A model generated the notes under the pieces. That model was given only the letters and a program-made list of their open reading frames with translations. It did no database searches and was not told where the DNA came from. Positions 10,087 to 20,321 of a DNA stretch of 54,233 bases are shown piece after piece. The stretch comes from an uncultured Verrucomicrobiota bacterium. Lineage in GTDB: Bacteria > Verrucomicrobiota > Kiritimatiellia > CAYTQP01 > CAZOLK01. The stretch's first letter is position 1. Each line of letters opens with the position of its first letter. The stretch lies in contig CAZOLK010000004.1 of assembly GCA_964580325.1 (NCBI GenBank), forward strand, positions 1 to 54,233. Direction: 5' to 3'. The position numbers and the translations under genes are program-made.

Positions 10087-10680
10087 TCAGGATTCTCCCA
10101 TGGCCACACCGGCTGCCGCAGCCGGCCATGGCGCTAAGTGTTTGTCAAAAAAAAGGGCCAGATCCCGCACAGAAAAGAGGCGGAAATCAGCGGCTGTGTC
10201 AACTTGCGCCGGTTGAACGAGCACAGTCGCGCAACCCGCTCTTTTCCCGGCTTCGATATCGGTTTCCTTGTCGCCGACCATCCAGGAAGCGCCCAAATCG
10301 AGGCCGTGCCGTTCAGCGGCCAGCAGCAACATGCCGGGATTGGGCTTGCGCAGCGGACTGCCGTCGCCATGGGGGCAGCACAGGATATCGAGCAGATCGA
10401 GCTGCTCACGCCGTAAGAGACCCCGCAAATGGTCATGAATGGCGTTGACGGCCGGCCAGGTGAGTTCACCGGTGAACAATCCGCGCTGGTTGGTGGCGAT
10501 CACGGCGGCATAACCGCGGATCTGAACCACATGCAGCGCCTCAATAAAACCGGGCATCAGGCGAAAATCCGCGACATGCTGCAAAAAATAGGTTGCGGGA
10601 GGCTCGTTGACGATGCCGTCACGGTCAAAAAAAACGCACGGCCTTTTCGCTGTTTCATTATGTATAACATTGAGTTCCAT
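10087..10680 (-). CDS. gmhB: D-glycero-D-manno-heptose 1,7-bisphosphate phosphatase (HAD IIIA)
   Basis: [17 protein letters not shown]...[20 protein letters not shown]. Confidence 0.85.
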   Translation of the reverse strand: MELNVIHNETAKRPCVFFDRDGIVNEPPATYFLQHVADFRLMPGFIEALHVVQIRGYAAVIATNQRGLFTGELTWPAVNAIHDHLRGLLRREQLDLLDILCCPHGDGSPLRKPNPGMLLLAAERHGLDLGASWMVGDKETDIEAGKRAGCATVLVQPAQVDTAADFRLFSVRDLALFFDKHLAPWPAAAAGVAMGES

Positions 10681-10686
10681 GAAAAA

Positions 10687-12111
10687 TCAATAAGCTCCCT
10701 CGCCCCTGATGACAACGCCGAACGTTCTGACTATGATGACGATATCCAGCCAGATCGACCAGTTGCGAACGTAGTACGCATCCCAGCGCGCCATGCCCAG
10801 CGTTCCGGATTCGCTACGTCCCGAAACCTGCCACAAACCGGTGAGTCCGGGCAAGACCTTTTCGCGTAAATCTTTGACCTGCTGGGGCAATTTCTGATGA
10901 TGATAGGCCGGCAAGGGGCGCGGCCCGACAAGTGACATCTCGCCGCGCAGGATGTTGAAAAACTGGGGCAGTTCATCGAGCGAACTGCGCCGCAAGAACC
11001 GGCCGATCCTGGTGATGCGCGGATCGTTCTTGAGCTTGTGGTTGGCTTCCCACTCTGCTTTGAGCAGCGGAGATGCTTCAAGGGTCCTGCGCAATACTTC
11101 TTCGGCGTTGGGCACCATGGTGCGGAACTTCCAGGTCGTGAACTCCTGGCCCTGAAACCCGATCCGACGCTGAGTATAGATGGGGTGCGCGCGATCTTCG
11201 AGCCAGATCAGCAGCGCCATGATCCCGGCCAGAACCAGCCATAACGGCATGAGCAGCACAACCAGCAGGTATTCGAGCATTTCCTTGAAAAAACGGGAGA
11301 CCGGGTTGAGCAGGTTGCGTACCATTTCCAGGCCCAGCACGCCCAGGAAATCACGGGCATTGACCCATAGCGAGGGTATTTCGAGCAGGTTGGGAATGAT
11401 GATCAGGAAACGATAACCGAAAAGCGGCCCTTCGACCAGCTCGGTGAGTTGACGACCGGAAATGTTGCCGGCGCCCAATACCGCGACCACGGCCTTGTTG
11501 GTACGATCCTTGAGCCCGCCAAGCACGGGCACGCCTTCAAAGGTTTGTCCCGCCTCCATCTCATCGTCGAACACACCGATCACATAATAGCCCAAGCCTG
11601 GTTCGTGGGCAATCACCTTCATGACCTGCCTGACCGTGTTGTCATTGCCGTAGATCACGGCTGGCAGGCCCCAGAGTTTACGCCGTGTCAGGAGCGATTT
11701 GGCCATAAAGCGAGCGCATGGCACGAGCGGGATACTGGTCAGATAGGCCAGGCTAAACTTCAACCGACTGGTACTATCCGCCGATTTACTCAAAAACATG
11801 GCCGTGGCAGCCAGGCCAAAGAGAGCCAATAAAAGCAACTGGGTACGCCGCATCTCTTCCACAGGACCCAAACCCCAACCTGGAATTAGCTTGAACAGCA
11901 TGGAAGCAAACCACCAGCCTGGAATGATCAGGAATCCGCGCGACAAGGGTATATGGCTGTCGCGCAGAAAGTAACGAAGCCAAACCGACATTTGCAAGGC
12001 AATGAACAGGGCCAAGCCCTCAGCCGCCAGCAACCACAAGGCATTAAGACACAGTCGTTGGGTATAAGAAAAACCCTGCTGCCCTTTCATCATTCTATAT
12101 GGTTTTAACAT
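10687..12111 (-). CDS. Polyprenyl-phosphate glycosylphosphotransferase (WbaP/WcaJ family initiating transferase)
   Basis: Four N-terminal TM segments, then KFRTM, DPRITRIGRFLRRSSLDELPQ, GEMSLVGPRP, PGLTGLWQVSGRS, YVRNWSIWLD. Confidence 0.93.
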   Translation of the reverse strand: MLKPYRMMKGQQGFSYTQRLCLNALWLLAAEGLALFIALQMSVWLRYFLRDSHIPLSRGFLIIPGWWFASMLFKLIPGWGLGPVEEMRRTQLLLLALFGLAATAMFLSKSADSTSRLKFSLAYLTSIPLVPCARFMAKSLLTRRKLWGLPAVIYGNDNTVRQVMKVIAHEPGLGYYVIGVFDDEMEAGQTFEGVPVLGGLKDRTNKAVVAVLGAGNISGRQLTELVEGPLFGYRFLIIIPNLLEIPSLWVNARDFLGVLGLEMVRNLLNPVSRFFKEMLEYLLVVLLMPLWLVLAGIMALLIWLEDRAHPIYTQRRIGFQGQEFTTWKFRTMVPNAEEVLRRTLEASPLLKAEWEANHKLKNDPRITRIGRFLRRSSLDELPQFFNILRGEMSLVGPRPLPAYHHQKLPQQVKDLREKVLPGLTGLWQVSGRSESGTLGMARWDAYYVRNWSIWLDIVIIVRTFGVVIRGEGAY

Positions 12112-12242
12112 AGTTATTTATCAAGCAAAGCCCTGTTCTGGCCCGAGAAATTATAAGACGCTGCTTTGAAGGAGCGCGCGCATATCAAAGCAAAATTACG
12201 CCTAAGTATATGTTGATAAGAAAATCCTTACATTTTTTCGCT

Positions 12243-12271
12243 ACGCTACCCAAGATTGGCCGGTTTGTCAA
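12243..12271 (-). promoter_or_regulatory. Putative sigma70 promoter for the wbaP-like/gmhB/uxs genes
   Basis: TTGACA-N17-TAGCGT on the minus strand in the epsI-wbaP gap. Confidence 0.4.
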
Positions 12272-12289
12272 GAAAGCAATGCCCCATCG

Positions 12290-13075
12290 CTATTCCCGCA
12301 CAATCTGTGTGTGCAATGCTCCAATGAATGAGTGAACCTCTTCGGGACAATCACCGGCCTTGTCCCGCAAACCGTTGACGACCACATAGCTCCATCGGTA
12401 AGCGATGTTGTAAAACAGACGATCCATGGCCATGTAAAACATCCTTTCAAGGTCGCTATGAGCGATATGCCGATGGCCTACAAACCAATAGGCATAGTAG
12501 GTTTGCAGAGGTTCTTGTTCTTCCAAAGGTTTATAGGTTTTCAACATGCGTATTGTGATGGAGCGCAACTTGGAGGGAGCAATCTTGACCAATTGAGAGG
12601 ATTCCACGAAATAACCCGCAGCGTTGAGGCATAATTCCGGTCGATGAAAACTTGCACGCTCCTTACCCGCAACTACCAGCATCACCTGAATGGGATCACA
12701 GCCTCTTTTTTGGTATTGTTTCTTAAGAAATATGGTGTCGCCAGGCAACTGCTGCTCTATAACCGTCATGTTATACATTGGTTTGCCACATACCGCACAT
12801 GCATTGGACCCTGCAGTCAACGTAGCCTGATCGCAGCGCGGGCAGACAGGATTATGGCAGTACAATATAGGCACGCCAACCCAATCGTCTAGCCTGTCAG
12901 GCAAATAGGGCTCAAAACTGCCGTCATCACGACGAACCAGCTTTAAGCCGGCCTCATCGACTACCCGCACATCGGTTGTGGTGGATGTCAGCGCACAGGC
13001 TGTGATCAGCAATGCAATGACAATCAATCTTGGGGTGTAAAACGCTGTATGAGTTTCTGCCATGAAGGTCGCCAT
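12290..13075 (-). CDS. EpsI family exosortase-associated protein with a Cys-rich insertion
   Basis: N-terminal TM; LPGDTIFLKKQY, SFHRPELCLNAAG and YAYWFVG motifs; overlaps the exosortase 3' end; start uncertain (13063-13090). Confidence 0.8.
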   Translation of the reverse strand: MATFMAETHTAFYTPRLIVIALLITACALTSTTTDVRVVDEAGLKLVRRDDGSFEPYLPDRLDDWVGVPILYCHNPVCPRCDQATLTAGSNACAVCGKPMYNMTVIEQQLPGDTIFLKKQYQKRGCDPIQVMLVVAGKERASFHRPELCLNAAGYFVESSQLVKIAPSKLRSITIRMLKTYKPLEEQEPLQTYYAYWFVGHRHIAHSDLERMFYMAMDRLFYNIAYRWSYVVVNGLRDKAGDCPEEVHSFIGALHTQIVRE

Positions 13076-14007
13076 TCTTTTTGTAAACATTCGCCCAGCA
13101 AAATCATAAAAACGATAGCCACGCTGAATACCAGAAATCCCGAGAATTTTTCATAAACATCCAAACCGGCGTCGACACTGATGATCTTTGAAACCAAACC
13201 CACGGTCGTAATGCGAAAGATATTGCCGACCACGGCCAAGGGAACCGCACTCAAAAAAAGCAACCAACGCTTGATCAAACTGGTTCGGGTGAGATATGCA
13301 TAAACTGCGGTTATCGCGGAAAGCGCCAACAAAGAGCGCAATCCGCTGCAAGCGGCCGCCACTTCCAACTGGATGCCGAGTGAACGAGGCAGCAAGAAGA
13401 TGCGCGATCCTTCATGCATGGCGGGAATGCCCAGACTGTACAATAAGCTGGTAGACATGGTCGTCGCGATCATTTTCATCTTGAATGTCAGCACATCCAG
13501 AAAGGTGAGTGGTATGCAAAAGCCCAGGTAAGAACAGGGGAACACTAGCGAACGCGCGATCCGGCGACCGTAAAAATACAGCGGGATACTCCAGCTCAAA
13601 CCAATGAGAGCTAGTAACGACAACCGCGGATGTTGCATTTTCAAGCCCAGCCAATGTAACACCAGGCAAGCGACGATGAGCGCCAAGCCGGGATGGCACA
13701 TCTGTTTGGGCGCCTTCATCAGCGTTTGACGCTGCATCCAAACCAGGATTAACGAGATCAAGGGGATAAGGAAACCATGGGAATAATCAACGCCGCCGAA
13801 TGAAGCTTTATCGCTCCAGCGTCGAAACATCCAGGTAAAAACGGAACGATTGCGTTCAAGCTGTTCCATGTTGCCAAAGCAGTGAAACAGTACAAAGATC
13901 AACGCCATGATTATGGCCATCAGACCAATCCTGACCAATTCCAACCGTGAAAGAGCGGCCAATCGCCAGTAACTCGATAAAATTTTAGGTTCCAAACTGC
14001 CATTCAT
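13024..14007 (-). CDS. Exosortase (EpsH family)
   Basis: Multi-TM; DYSHGFLIPLIS, EVAAACSGLRSL (catalytic Cys) and GNIFRI (Arg). Confidence 0.9.
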   Translation of the reverse strand: MNGSLEPKILSSYWRLAALSRLELVRIGLMAIIMALIFVLFHCFGNMEQLERNRSVFTWMFRRWSDKASFGGVDYSHGFLIPLISLILVWMQRQTLMKAPKQMCHPGLALIVACLVLHWLGLKMQHPRLSLLALIGLSWSIPLYFYGRRIARSLVFPCSYLGFCIPLTFLDVLTFKMKMIATTMSTSLLYSLGIPAMHEGSRIFLLPRSLGIQLEVAAACSGLRSLLALSAITAVYAYLTRTSLIKRWLLFLSAVPLAVVGNIFRITTVGLVSKIISVDAGLDVYEKFSGFLVFSVAIVFMILLGECLQKEWRPSWQKLIQRFTPQD

Positions 14008-14073
14008 AAGCAAAAAACAATACTGTCCAGTTTGGTTGGTGGCAATGGAAAAATGCAGTTCACGGAGAAGCAT

Positions 14074-15672
14074 TCAGGAATTATCGGTATCATCGGTGGT
14101 TGAAACAAGATTGGGTTGCGGCTTTGATGCGCTGCGCAGCTTTGCGCGGATTATGCGCCACAGGAACTTTGGATTACCCAGCAAGTAGCGCTTCCAGAGC
14201 CTTCCGGGTTCATAGGCCAGGCGACCTAGCCATTCAAAACCGGTGGCGGTCAGCCAGGCCGGCGGGCGCTTGATCTCGCCGGCCATATAATCCAGCACCG
14301 CACCGCCGGTCAAGCCGATGGGCACGTCCAGTTGGCTCCAATGATCGCGCAACCATTGTTCTTGCAAGGGCATGCCAAAGGCGACCAGCAAAATGTGTGG
14401 ACGCGTCTGCATGATAGCCGTCAGCACCTCCTCATTCTCGACCGATCCCGGACGCTTGTCAAAATAGCCATGATGCCAACCGGTCACGCTCAAAGCCGGG
14501 AAACGGGCGCACAGCGCGTCGCGTGCGTTTTGGGCCACACCAGGCCGACTGCCCAGGAAATAGAGTGTGTACTTGCGCTGAGCGCAGAATTCGCAAAACA
14601 GCGGGAACCAATGGGCATAGGTTATTTTCTCAGGTATTCGCACACCCAGTATGCGCGCACCCAGCATCACGCCATGGCCGTCACACATGACATAATCAGC
14701 GCTGTTCAGAAAATCCGCAAACCACGGTTGATCGGCAGCCAGGTTCAGAGCATGCACGTTTACATTAGGGATGAGTGCGCGATCACCGCGTTCGATTGCA
14801 TTGGCCACGGTTTCGTGAAGGCTGGCCATGGTGAAAGTATGCACCTGAATGCCGAGTACGTCTAGGCGACGTACTGTTTCACAGCTTTCGCACAGCATGG
14901 ATGTGCGTTTGTTCAACCAGGCCTCCACTCCAGTCCATAGATCTACCCAGATTAAAAGCAGGCCGAATGCACTGTGCAAAAGCGATAACCCCAACAACGC
15001 GATATTTTTATAGAACAATGGAAGGATCGACAACTTACGTACGCCGAGGAACTTGGTGAAAACCTGCTCTTCCATCCAACCGTATTTTTTTCGGACCAGG
15101 TATTTGGGTAGGTAAGCGGCATTGAAAAGAAAACAGAACAGGATGTATTGGAACGACTGCTCATCGGTCATTGCACCGTCCACAGCGCAATAAAACAGAA
15201 GTCCTTTGGTGAGGTACAGGTTATAATAAGTGATGAAGCGCACCTTTTCAGGCAACCGGTTATGGGTGTAAAACAGCGTACTCGTGATGAGCAGCAAAGC
15301 GGCCATCAGCACAGCGGAGGCCCAACTGCTGAGCATGACATAGCCGCACATAATCAGGATTTGCGACACAATACGCCAAGTTATGGACAGTCGCGCGATC
15401 TTGCCGACCCGGAACGTGGGCGCTTTTTCCCTATGTGTAGCCTTTACATCATTTTCCTGGCAAAAAACATCATAAAGGTTCAAAAATGCCAACCAGGCCA
15501 AAAGCACGGCAGGCCAGCGCGCCAGCGGCAAAGCATTGAACAAGACCAAGAGCAAAGGATACAACATCCAGACTTTGAGGATATGAATGATACGCTGATG
15601 GGGATAAGCATAGCGTGAAACATAATAATAGACGCCAGGTAGAAACGCCTCATAAAAGGCTGTGCATTTCAC
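14074..15672 (-). CDS. Fusion: N-terminal UbiA-like membrane domain + WecB/TagA/CpsF (GT26) glycosyltransferase
   Basis: GTG start overlaps the HAD stop (GTGA). C-half has NVHAL, CDGHGV, HHGYF, FGMPLQEQW, GFEWLGRLAYEPGRLWKRYL. N-half has several TMs with YDVFCQENDVKATHREKAPTFR. Confidence 0.8.
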   Translation of the reverse strand: MKCTAFYEAFLPGVYYYVSRYAYPHQRIIHILKVWMLYPLLLVLFNALPLARWPAVLLAWLAFLNLYDVFCQENDVKATHREKAPTFRVGKIARLSITWRIVSQILIMCGYVMLSSWASAVLMAALLLITSTLFYTHNRLPEKVRFITYYNLYLTKGLLFYCAVDGAMTDEQSFQYILFCFLFNAAYLPKYLVRKKYGWMEEQVFTKFLGVRKLSILPLFYKNIALLGLSLLHSAFGLLLIWVDLWTGVEAWLNKRTSMLCESCETVRRLDVLGIQVHTFTMASLHETVANAIERGDRALIPNVNVHALNLAADQPWFADFLNSADYVMCDGHGVMLGARILGVRIPEKITYAHWFPLFCEFCAQRKYTLYFLGSRPGVAQNARDALCARFPALSVTGWHHGYFDKRPGSVENEEVLTAIMQTRPHILLVAFGMPLQEQWLRDHWSQLDVPIGLTGGAVLDYMAGEIKRPPAWLTATGFEWLGRLAYEPGRLWKRYLLGNPKFLWRIIRAKLRSASKPQPNLVSTTDDTDNS

Positions 15673-16337
15673 GCCTGCGTCTCCTCGCCTATCAACGGAT
15701 TCCGGCATTGGGCCACGAATGCACATAAGTCTGCATCGGCCGCGAAATCGTCAGTAACATAGTGGGCGCTGCGCAGCGTATCTTCGTCATAATACTGACG
15801 CAGAGCATCCAGCTTGCCCTGTATCTGCAGTTGCAGTTTGAAACGGCCCGTACACATTCCTCGCCGATCGAATGCAAGCGAAGAACCGCAGACATATTCC
15901 ACGGGATAGAGCTGACAAAAGGCGTTCAACAGTATATCCAGCGTGTAGGAGGCGATGGCCAATCTGCGCTTTTGTTCGAAAGCGTCACGAAACACGGTCA
16001 TTTCCGCACGTAAAGTACACGGCAGAAGTACCTTGCGCAAAAAAAGACCAGTCAGTCGATCCAGTTCATCCTGTGCAAAACCGTGCAATGCGCGGATCCG
16101 CCAGCGTACATGAGCAGCCGGTGCAAGCAGACCTGTGCGACGCAACAATCCGGCGCTGAGGCGCAGAACTTGGTTTTTCAGCATGTGACGGGAGGCGCCG
16201 CGGCAGGCATACTTCAAAAAAGCGAATGTCGTATTGTCGTGAAACAGCGTACCGCAGAAATCGTAAATCAGCAGGGGATGCGCGGCGTTGTTACATGGCA
16301 TATCCGCATGTGAGTTGTGGGTGTGCATTCGATCCAT
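15669..16337 (-). CDS. HAD-IB family phosphatase
   Basis: IYDFCGTLFHDNTT (motif I variant), IASYT (II), GKL (III), VTDDFAADAD (IV). Confidence 0.75.
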   Translation of the reverse strand: MDRMHTHNSHADMPCNNAAHPLLIYDFCGTLFHDNTTFAFLKYACRGASRHMLKNQVLRLSAGLLRRTGLLAPAAHVRWRIRALHGFAQDELDRLTGLFLRKVLLPCTLRAEMTVFRDAFEQKRRLAIASYTLDILLNAFCQLYPVEYVCGSSLAFDRRGMCTGRFKLQLQIQGKLDALRQYYDEDTLRSAHYVTDDFAADADLCAFVAQCRNPLIGEETQA

Positions 16338-16356
16338 TCCTCGTTCGCAACCTCCG

Positions 16357-17550
16357 TTAGCCATCGGCATTGAGCATGGCATGATAGGCCGTGAACATTT
16401 CGCCGATAACCGATTCGGGTGCATGCCGCTGCCTGGCAACGGACCGGGCTATACGCCCAAGGCGATTGCACTCCCTATCGTCGCGCATGAGATGGATCAT
16501 GGCCTCAGCCAGGCCCGGCACATCGTTTTTGGCCACCAACCAACCAGTACCGCGATGATCGACCATGGAAGGAATCCCGCCCACGCCAGTAGCGATAACA
16601 GGCATGCCGGACACCATGGCTTCGGCCAGCGCATTGGGACTGTTGTCGCATTCTGACGGCAGAACAAAGAGCCGGCAACTGCGATGCAAAGCAGCGATTT
16701 CTTCCCGTGTGAGAGGACCTTCAAAGATCACCTGCTCATGCAATCCCAAATCCATAACGCTCTTTTTGAGCGCATCCACATAGCCTGGCGCGCCGGAACC
16801 AACAATGTGGGCTATGCAATCAGGCACTTTTTTGATGACGATGAGTAGAGCATCGAGCAGATCCTCGATTCCTTTGCGCTTACACATCTCGCCGACAAAA
16901 AGCACCTCATGAGAACTGTTGCCTTCCCATGTATTCTCAAAAAAACAGGAATGCACAACCTCGTTGATCGTGAAAATACTCGCATTAGGATTATTCTCAC
17001 GAACATAAGCACTGTCAAATAACGTGCGGCATCCATAATAGCGCCCTTTTTTCAACACATGCTGTTCAAGCTGTGCGCGTAAGCGATTGCGAGGTGAAGG
17101 TTCGGCTTCATATATGCTGTGCATCACGGTTTGCATTGAAATCAGGCATGGCATGCAACTTTGCAAAGCAGCCAATGCATAGACGCCATTCGTACCATAC
17201 GCATGCACCAGATCTGGTTTAAGCGTCTTGATCGCCTGCACCATTCTTCTCCGCCTGACAGGAAAACCACACATCAACTCCAGCAGAAAAGATTCAAGAA
17301 TTCTTTGATGAAAAAATGGAATTCCACTACGTATGACGTGATAATGGATGCCGTTAACAATCGTGTATTCAGTCTTTCTCGCCAACAATGATTCGGTGAC
17401 GATATGCAATGAAATTTGTTTATTTCCCTCCAGCGCACGAGCCAGGTTTACCACCCAACTGTAATCGTCAATACACTCCTTGCTTGCCAACTGGGTATGT
17501 GGCTGCAGCAAATGCACAGGATAAGGCGTGCTCCAAACAATGGTCATCAT
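16357..17550 (-). CDS. GT4 glycosyltransferase
   Basis: FVGEMCKRKG, FVLPSECDNSPNALAEAMVSGMPVIATGVGG; start uncertain (17550-17592). Confidence 0.9.
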   Translation of the reverse strand: MMTIVWSTPYPVHLLQPHTQLASKECIDDYSWVVNLARALEGNKQISLHIVTESLLARKTEYTIVNGIHYHVIRSGIPFFHQRILESFLLELMCGFPVRRRRMVQAIKTLKPDLVHAYGTNGVYALAALQSCMPCLISMQTVMHSIYEAEPSPRNRLRAQLEQHVLKKGRYYGCRTLFDSAYVRENNPNASIFTINEVVHSCFFENTWEGNSSHEVLFVGEMCKRKGIEDLLDALLIVIKKVPDCIAHIVGSGAPGYVDALKKSVMDLGLHEQVIFEGPLTREEIAALHRSCRLFVLPSECDNSPNALAEAMVSGMPVIATGVGGIPSMVDHRGTGWLVAKNDVPGLAEAMIHLMRDDRECNRLGRIARSVARQRHAPESVIGEMFTAYHAMLNADG

Positions 17551-19034
17551 GTTTTTTGCACCTGCTTTCTCATTTGCGTTGTAATGAGACACCGTATTAC
17601 AACAGACGACAAGAATAAACTTGGTACCGATTGCTTGGAATCGGAGAAAAGAAAAGTAAAATAGATGGTCTTCATCAAATAAAACGCCATGAAGTATGCA
17701 TAATAACGAAACAAACGGCTTTTAGGAGAAAAAATATTTCGCCTTTTCCAAAACTCTATAATTGACGATATGATGAAACCGTAGGCGGCGATAACCCCGA
17801 AAACGCCTAAATCAATAAGTATGGATAAAGGGCCGAATGCATGATACGAGTGTATTTCATAATACCGATGTGGTGATGCGTAATAGGCCAAGTCTATAAC
17901 TTGTGCTTCGCGTTCATAATATGCGAATCCGCGACCAACAAGCCAAAACTGTCCTAAATTTTCAAACATAATTTTATAAATTTCCCAGCGCCACTCGAGT
18001 GATTGCTTGGCATCATGCTTAGCAATATAAGAAATATCATAAAAGGGAACAAAAGAGAGCGCCCTTTGAAAGGGCAATGGCATCATAGGTATAAAAGGCG
18101 TCAAAATCACAATGAACATCAAACCTATTACACCGATAGTAAAAAGACGAAGTATTGTATTCTTTCGCCAATAAATTGATTGATGAATAAAAATAATTAT
18201 GACTAATTGTACAATGGCGATGCGATGACCAGACAGCAATGACATAACCAATACAAGGGCAAGAATGCCAGGCAATAAAAACCAAGGAGACAAAATATAA
18301 CCCAACATCAAAAAACTCTTGGCAAACGCGGCCATAAAATTGATGCGGATCAGTCCGGAACCAAAAGTGCTGGCAGCCATCAAACCACCAATGAGAGCCC
18401 ATGATTGAACTTTTATAAAGTGGTACTGCCACCAAATTTTGCCATAGCTCAATTGAAAAACGATCTGGGCGGTGGCTGGCAAGCTGCTGCCAATCAACAT
18501 GACAAATACAAACAAGACCCAATGTCTATCTTTAATATAAACATGTCCAGCTAGCAGAAGAACGCCCAAGTTCAACATGTTTTCAACATACGACATTCCG
18601 CCCCACATTGGTGATCCCAACACACGCAATCCAGTGCCACGTATAATCATATGAACCAACACAATGCTGGTATAGAGAATTGCAAATAAATTCGATACGC
18701 GAAACATCCCGCCATAGCTGGCCTTTTTCGCTTGTGCAAAACGGGCTATCATTGCGATAATAAAACCGGACGCCATAATTTCATACACACCTAATTCCTG
18801 AGGTATGCCCGGTAAAGTCAGTGAAGCCATTTGTGCAAAGTATAAAAAGATCAGCCAGTAATGCATGTTTTGCAACAAAAAGATTGCGACCGGAAAAAAG
18901 ACAACAGCAATGGAAATTAGCATGACGCCAGTCGACAACCCAATCAGAAAACCCACCACAACGAGTAATATCAGAATAACCGGAACTATTAAACGTTCCA
19001 GGCCGCCCAGATCATTAACATTTCCAGTCGCCAT
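17547..19034 (-). CDS. Wzy/O-antigen ligase-like polytopic membrane protein
   Basis: About 11-12 TMs, SGHR motif, periplasmic loop SLEWRWEIY...GRGF...YHAFGPLSILIDLG; AT-rich; located in a wzx cluster. Confidence 0.75.
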   Translation of the reverse strand: MATGNVNDLGGLERLIVPVILILLVVVGFLIGLSTGVMLISIAVVFFPVAIFLLQNMHYWLIFLYFAQMASLTLPGIPQELGVYEIMASGFIIAMIARFAQAKKASYGGMFRVSNLFAILYTSIVLVHMIIRGTGLRVLGSPMWGGMSYVENMLNLGVLLLAGHVYIKDRHWVLFVFVMLIGSSLPATAQIVFQLSYGKIWWQYHFIKVQSWALIGGLMAASTFGSGLIRINFMAAFAKSFLMLGYILSPWFLLPGILALVLVMSLLSGHRIAIVQLVIIIFIHQSIYWRKNTILRLFTIGVIGLMFIVILTPFIPMMPLPFQRALSFVPFYDISYIAKHDAKQSLEWRWEIYKIMFENLGQFWLVGRGFAYYEREAQVIDLAYYASPHRYYEIHSYHAFGPLSILIDLGVFGVIAAYGFIISSIIEFWKRRNIFSPKSRLFRYYAYFMAFYLMKTIYFTFLFSDSKQSVPSLFLSSVVIRCLITTQMRKQVQKT

Positions 19035-19061
19035 ATCAATGCTTCTCCATCAGCATGTAAT

Positions 19062-20321
19062 TCACAAAGCTAAATCTATATCTATATCTATAGCAATGCC
19101 TTCTTGCCGTAGTATATTCGCACCTTGCTCAGAACTTATTTTAAAAGGATAGACCCAACCCTCATCAATCAGCTTTCCGGCTTTCGATGACACATAATTC
19201 CGATGCCCGACCGGACCGGCCCACGGTGGACAAGAGCACGAAGCGATAGAAGCTGTCACGCGAAACGGAAAACGAGCCAGGACCACCTCAATCAATACAC
19301 TCCAAAGCTCTTCTGGCCATTCATGGAAACGATGTGAAGGTAACGCCTTTTTCAATTCAGAAAGCGTTTCTCTATAGTTTTCCATATTTGCTCGCGGATG
19401 TGGTTTTACAACAAAATCAGAGATATTTTCACGCGCAATGATGCTTGTTATAACATGGCGCCAAGCATCGATTTTATGCTTGTTGTGATTCCAATATTTC
19501 CACTCCTCATATTCTGAAAGCAAGAGAACGCAAGTGCTAGCTGCTTGAAGGTGCTTAAATGCGTTACCCAAGAGGCTATGGAGATGGCTGCTATGAGCGA
19601 TCTTTGAGAGAACTGCACGCAAATCGTCATTCGGAATCAGTTGGCTTACAACAGGGACCTTAATATCATTAAATTTCAGAACGCAATCTACCCCCGAGAA
19701 GGGAAACGGGAAGCGGCGCCGCTTCATCATCAACAGATACAACTTCACGAACCACATTTTTTTTATAAAGCCGTGCCATTGCTTAGGCAGAGACGAGAAC
19801 AAGGTTACGACTCCACGTTTGCGATAATAAAAGGGATATTGCAGGATCTGTTGCTTGCGCGGTTGGTCCAAGCCATGAGGAAACAATACACGACGGGCCT
19901 GATGTAATATGCCTGCCAAATGCAACACATAATTGTGGCAGACCGTAAAAAACAGAGAGATATTCTTTCCAGGAATACGCGTGCCATCCCAAACGACCAG
20001 CCTTTCAAGCATTTTCTGAATACGATCCGCTCTTGCTGATTCCTGCTGTAGAAAGAGGATGAACCTTTGCAGAAAGCCCTGATTCAACCGATCGATGGTC
20101 TCGTCATACATATACTCTATTCGATCCCAATCAAAATTTTCTGTTGTGCTGGCGATGGCACTCTGCACTTTATCCATTTCTCCTGAATAGCCAAGATTAA
20201 CCAGCATCACATTACGGTTGGCGCCACTATATGGCAGGCAGGCACAAGCCGAAACAACTTCCCCCATGCTGGCAACGCAAAATATCGCCAATGATTCTGT
20301 ATTACAAGCCCTATTCATCAT
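19062..20321 (-). CDS. Putative nonulosonic-acid (sialyl/pseudaminyl) transferase
   Basis: VVKPHPR motif and later LIEV...SIASC, as in bacterial GT-B sialyltransferases; lies directly downstream of wzx and the pse genes. Confidence 0.55.
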   Translation of the reverse strand: MMNRACNTESLAIFCVASMGEVVSACACLPYSGANRNVMLVNLGYSGEMDKVQSAIASTTENFDWDRIEYMYDETIDRLNQGFLQRFILFLQQESARADRIQKMLERLVVWDGTRIPGKNISLFFTVCHNYVLHLAGILHQARRVLFPHGLDQPRKQQILQYPFYYRKRGVVTLFSSLPKQWHGFIKKMWFVKLYLLMMKRRRFPFPFSGVDCVLKFNDIKVPVVSQLIPNDDLRAVLSKIAHSSHLHSLLGNAFKHLQAASTCVLLLSEYEEWKYWNHNKHKIDAWRHVITSIIARENISDFVVKPHPRANMENYRETLSELKKALPSHRFHEWPEELWSVLIEVVLARFPFRVTASIASCSCPPWAGPVGHRNYVSSKAGKLIDEGWVYPFKISSEQGANILRQEGIAIDIDIDLAL

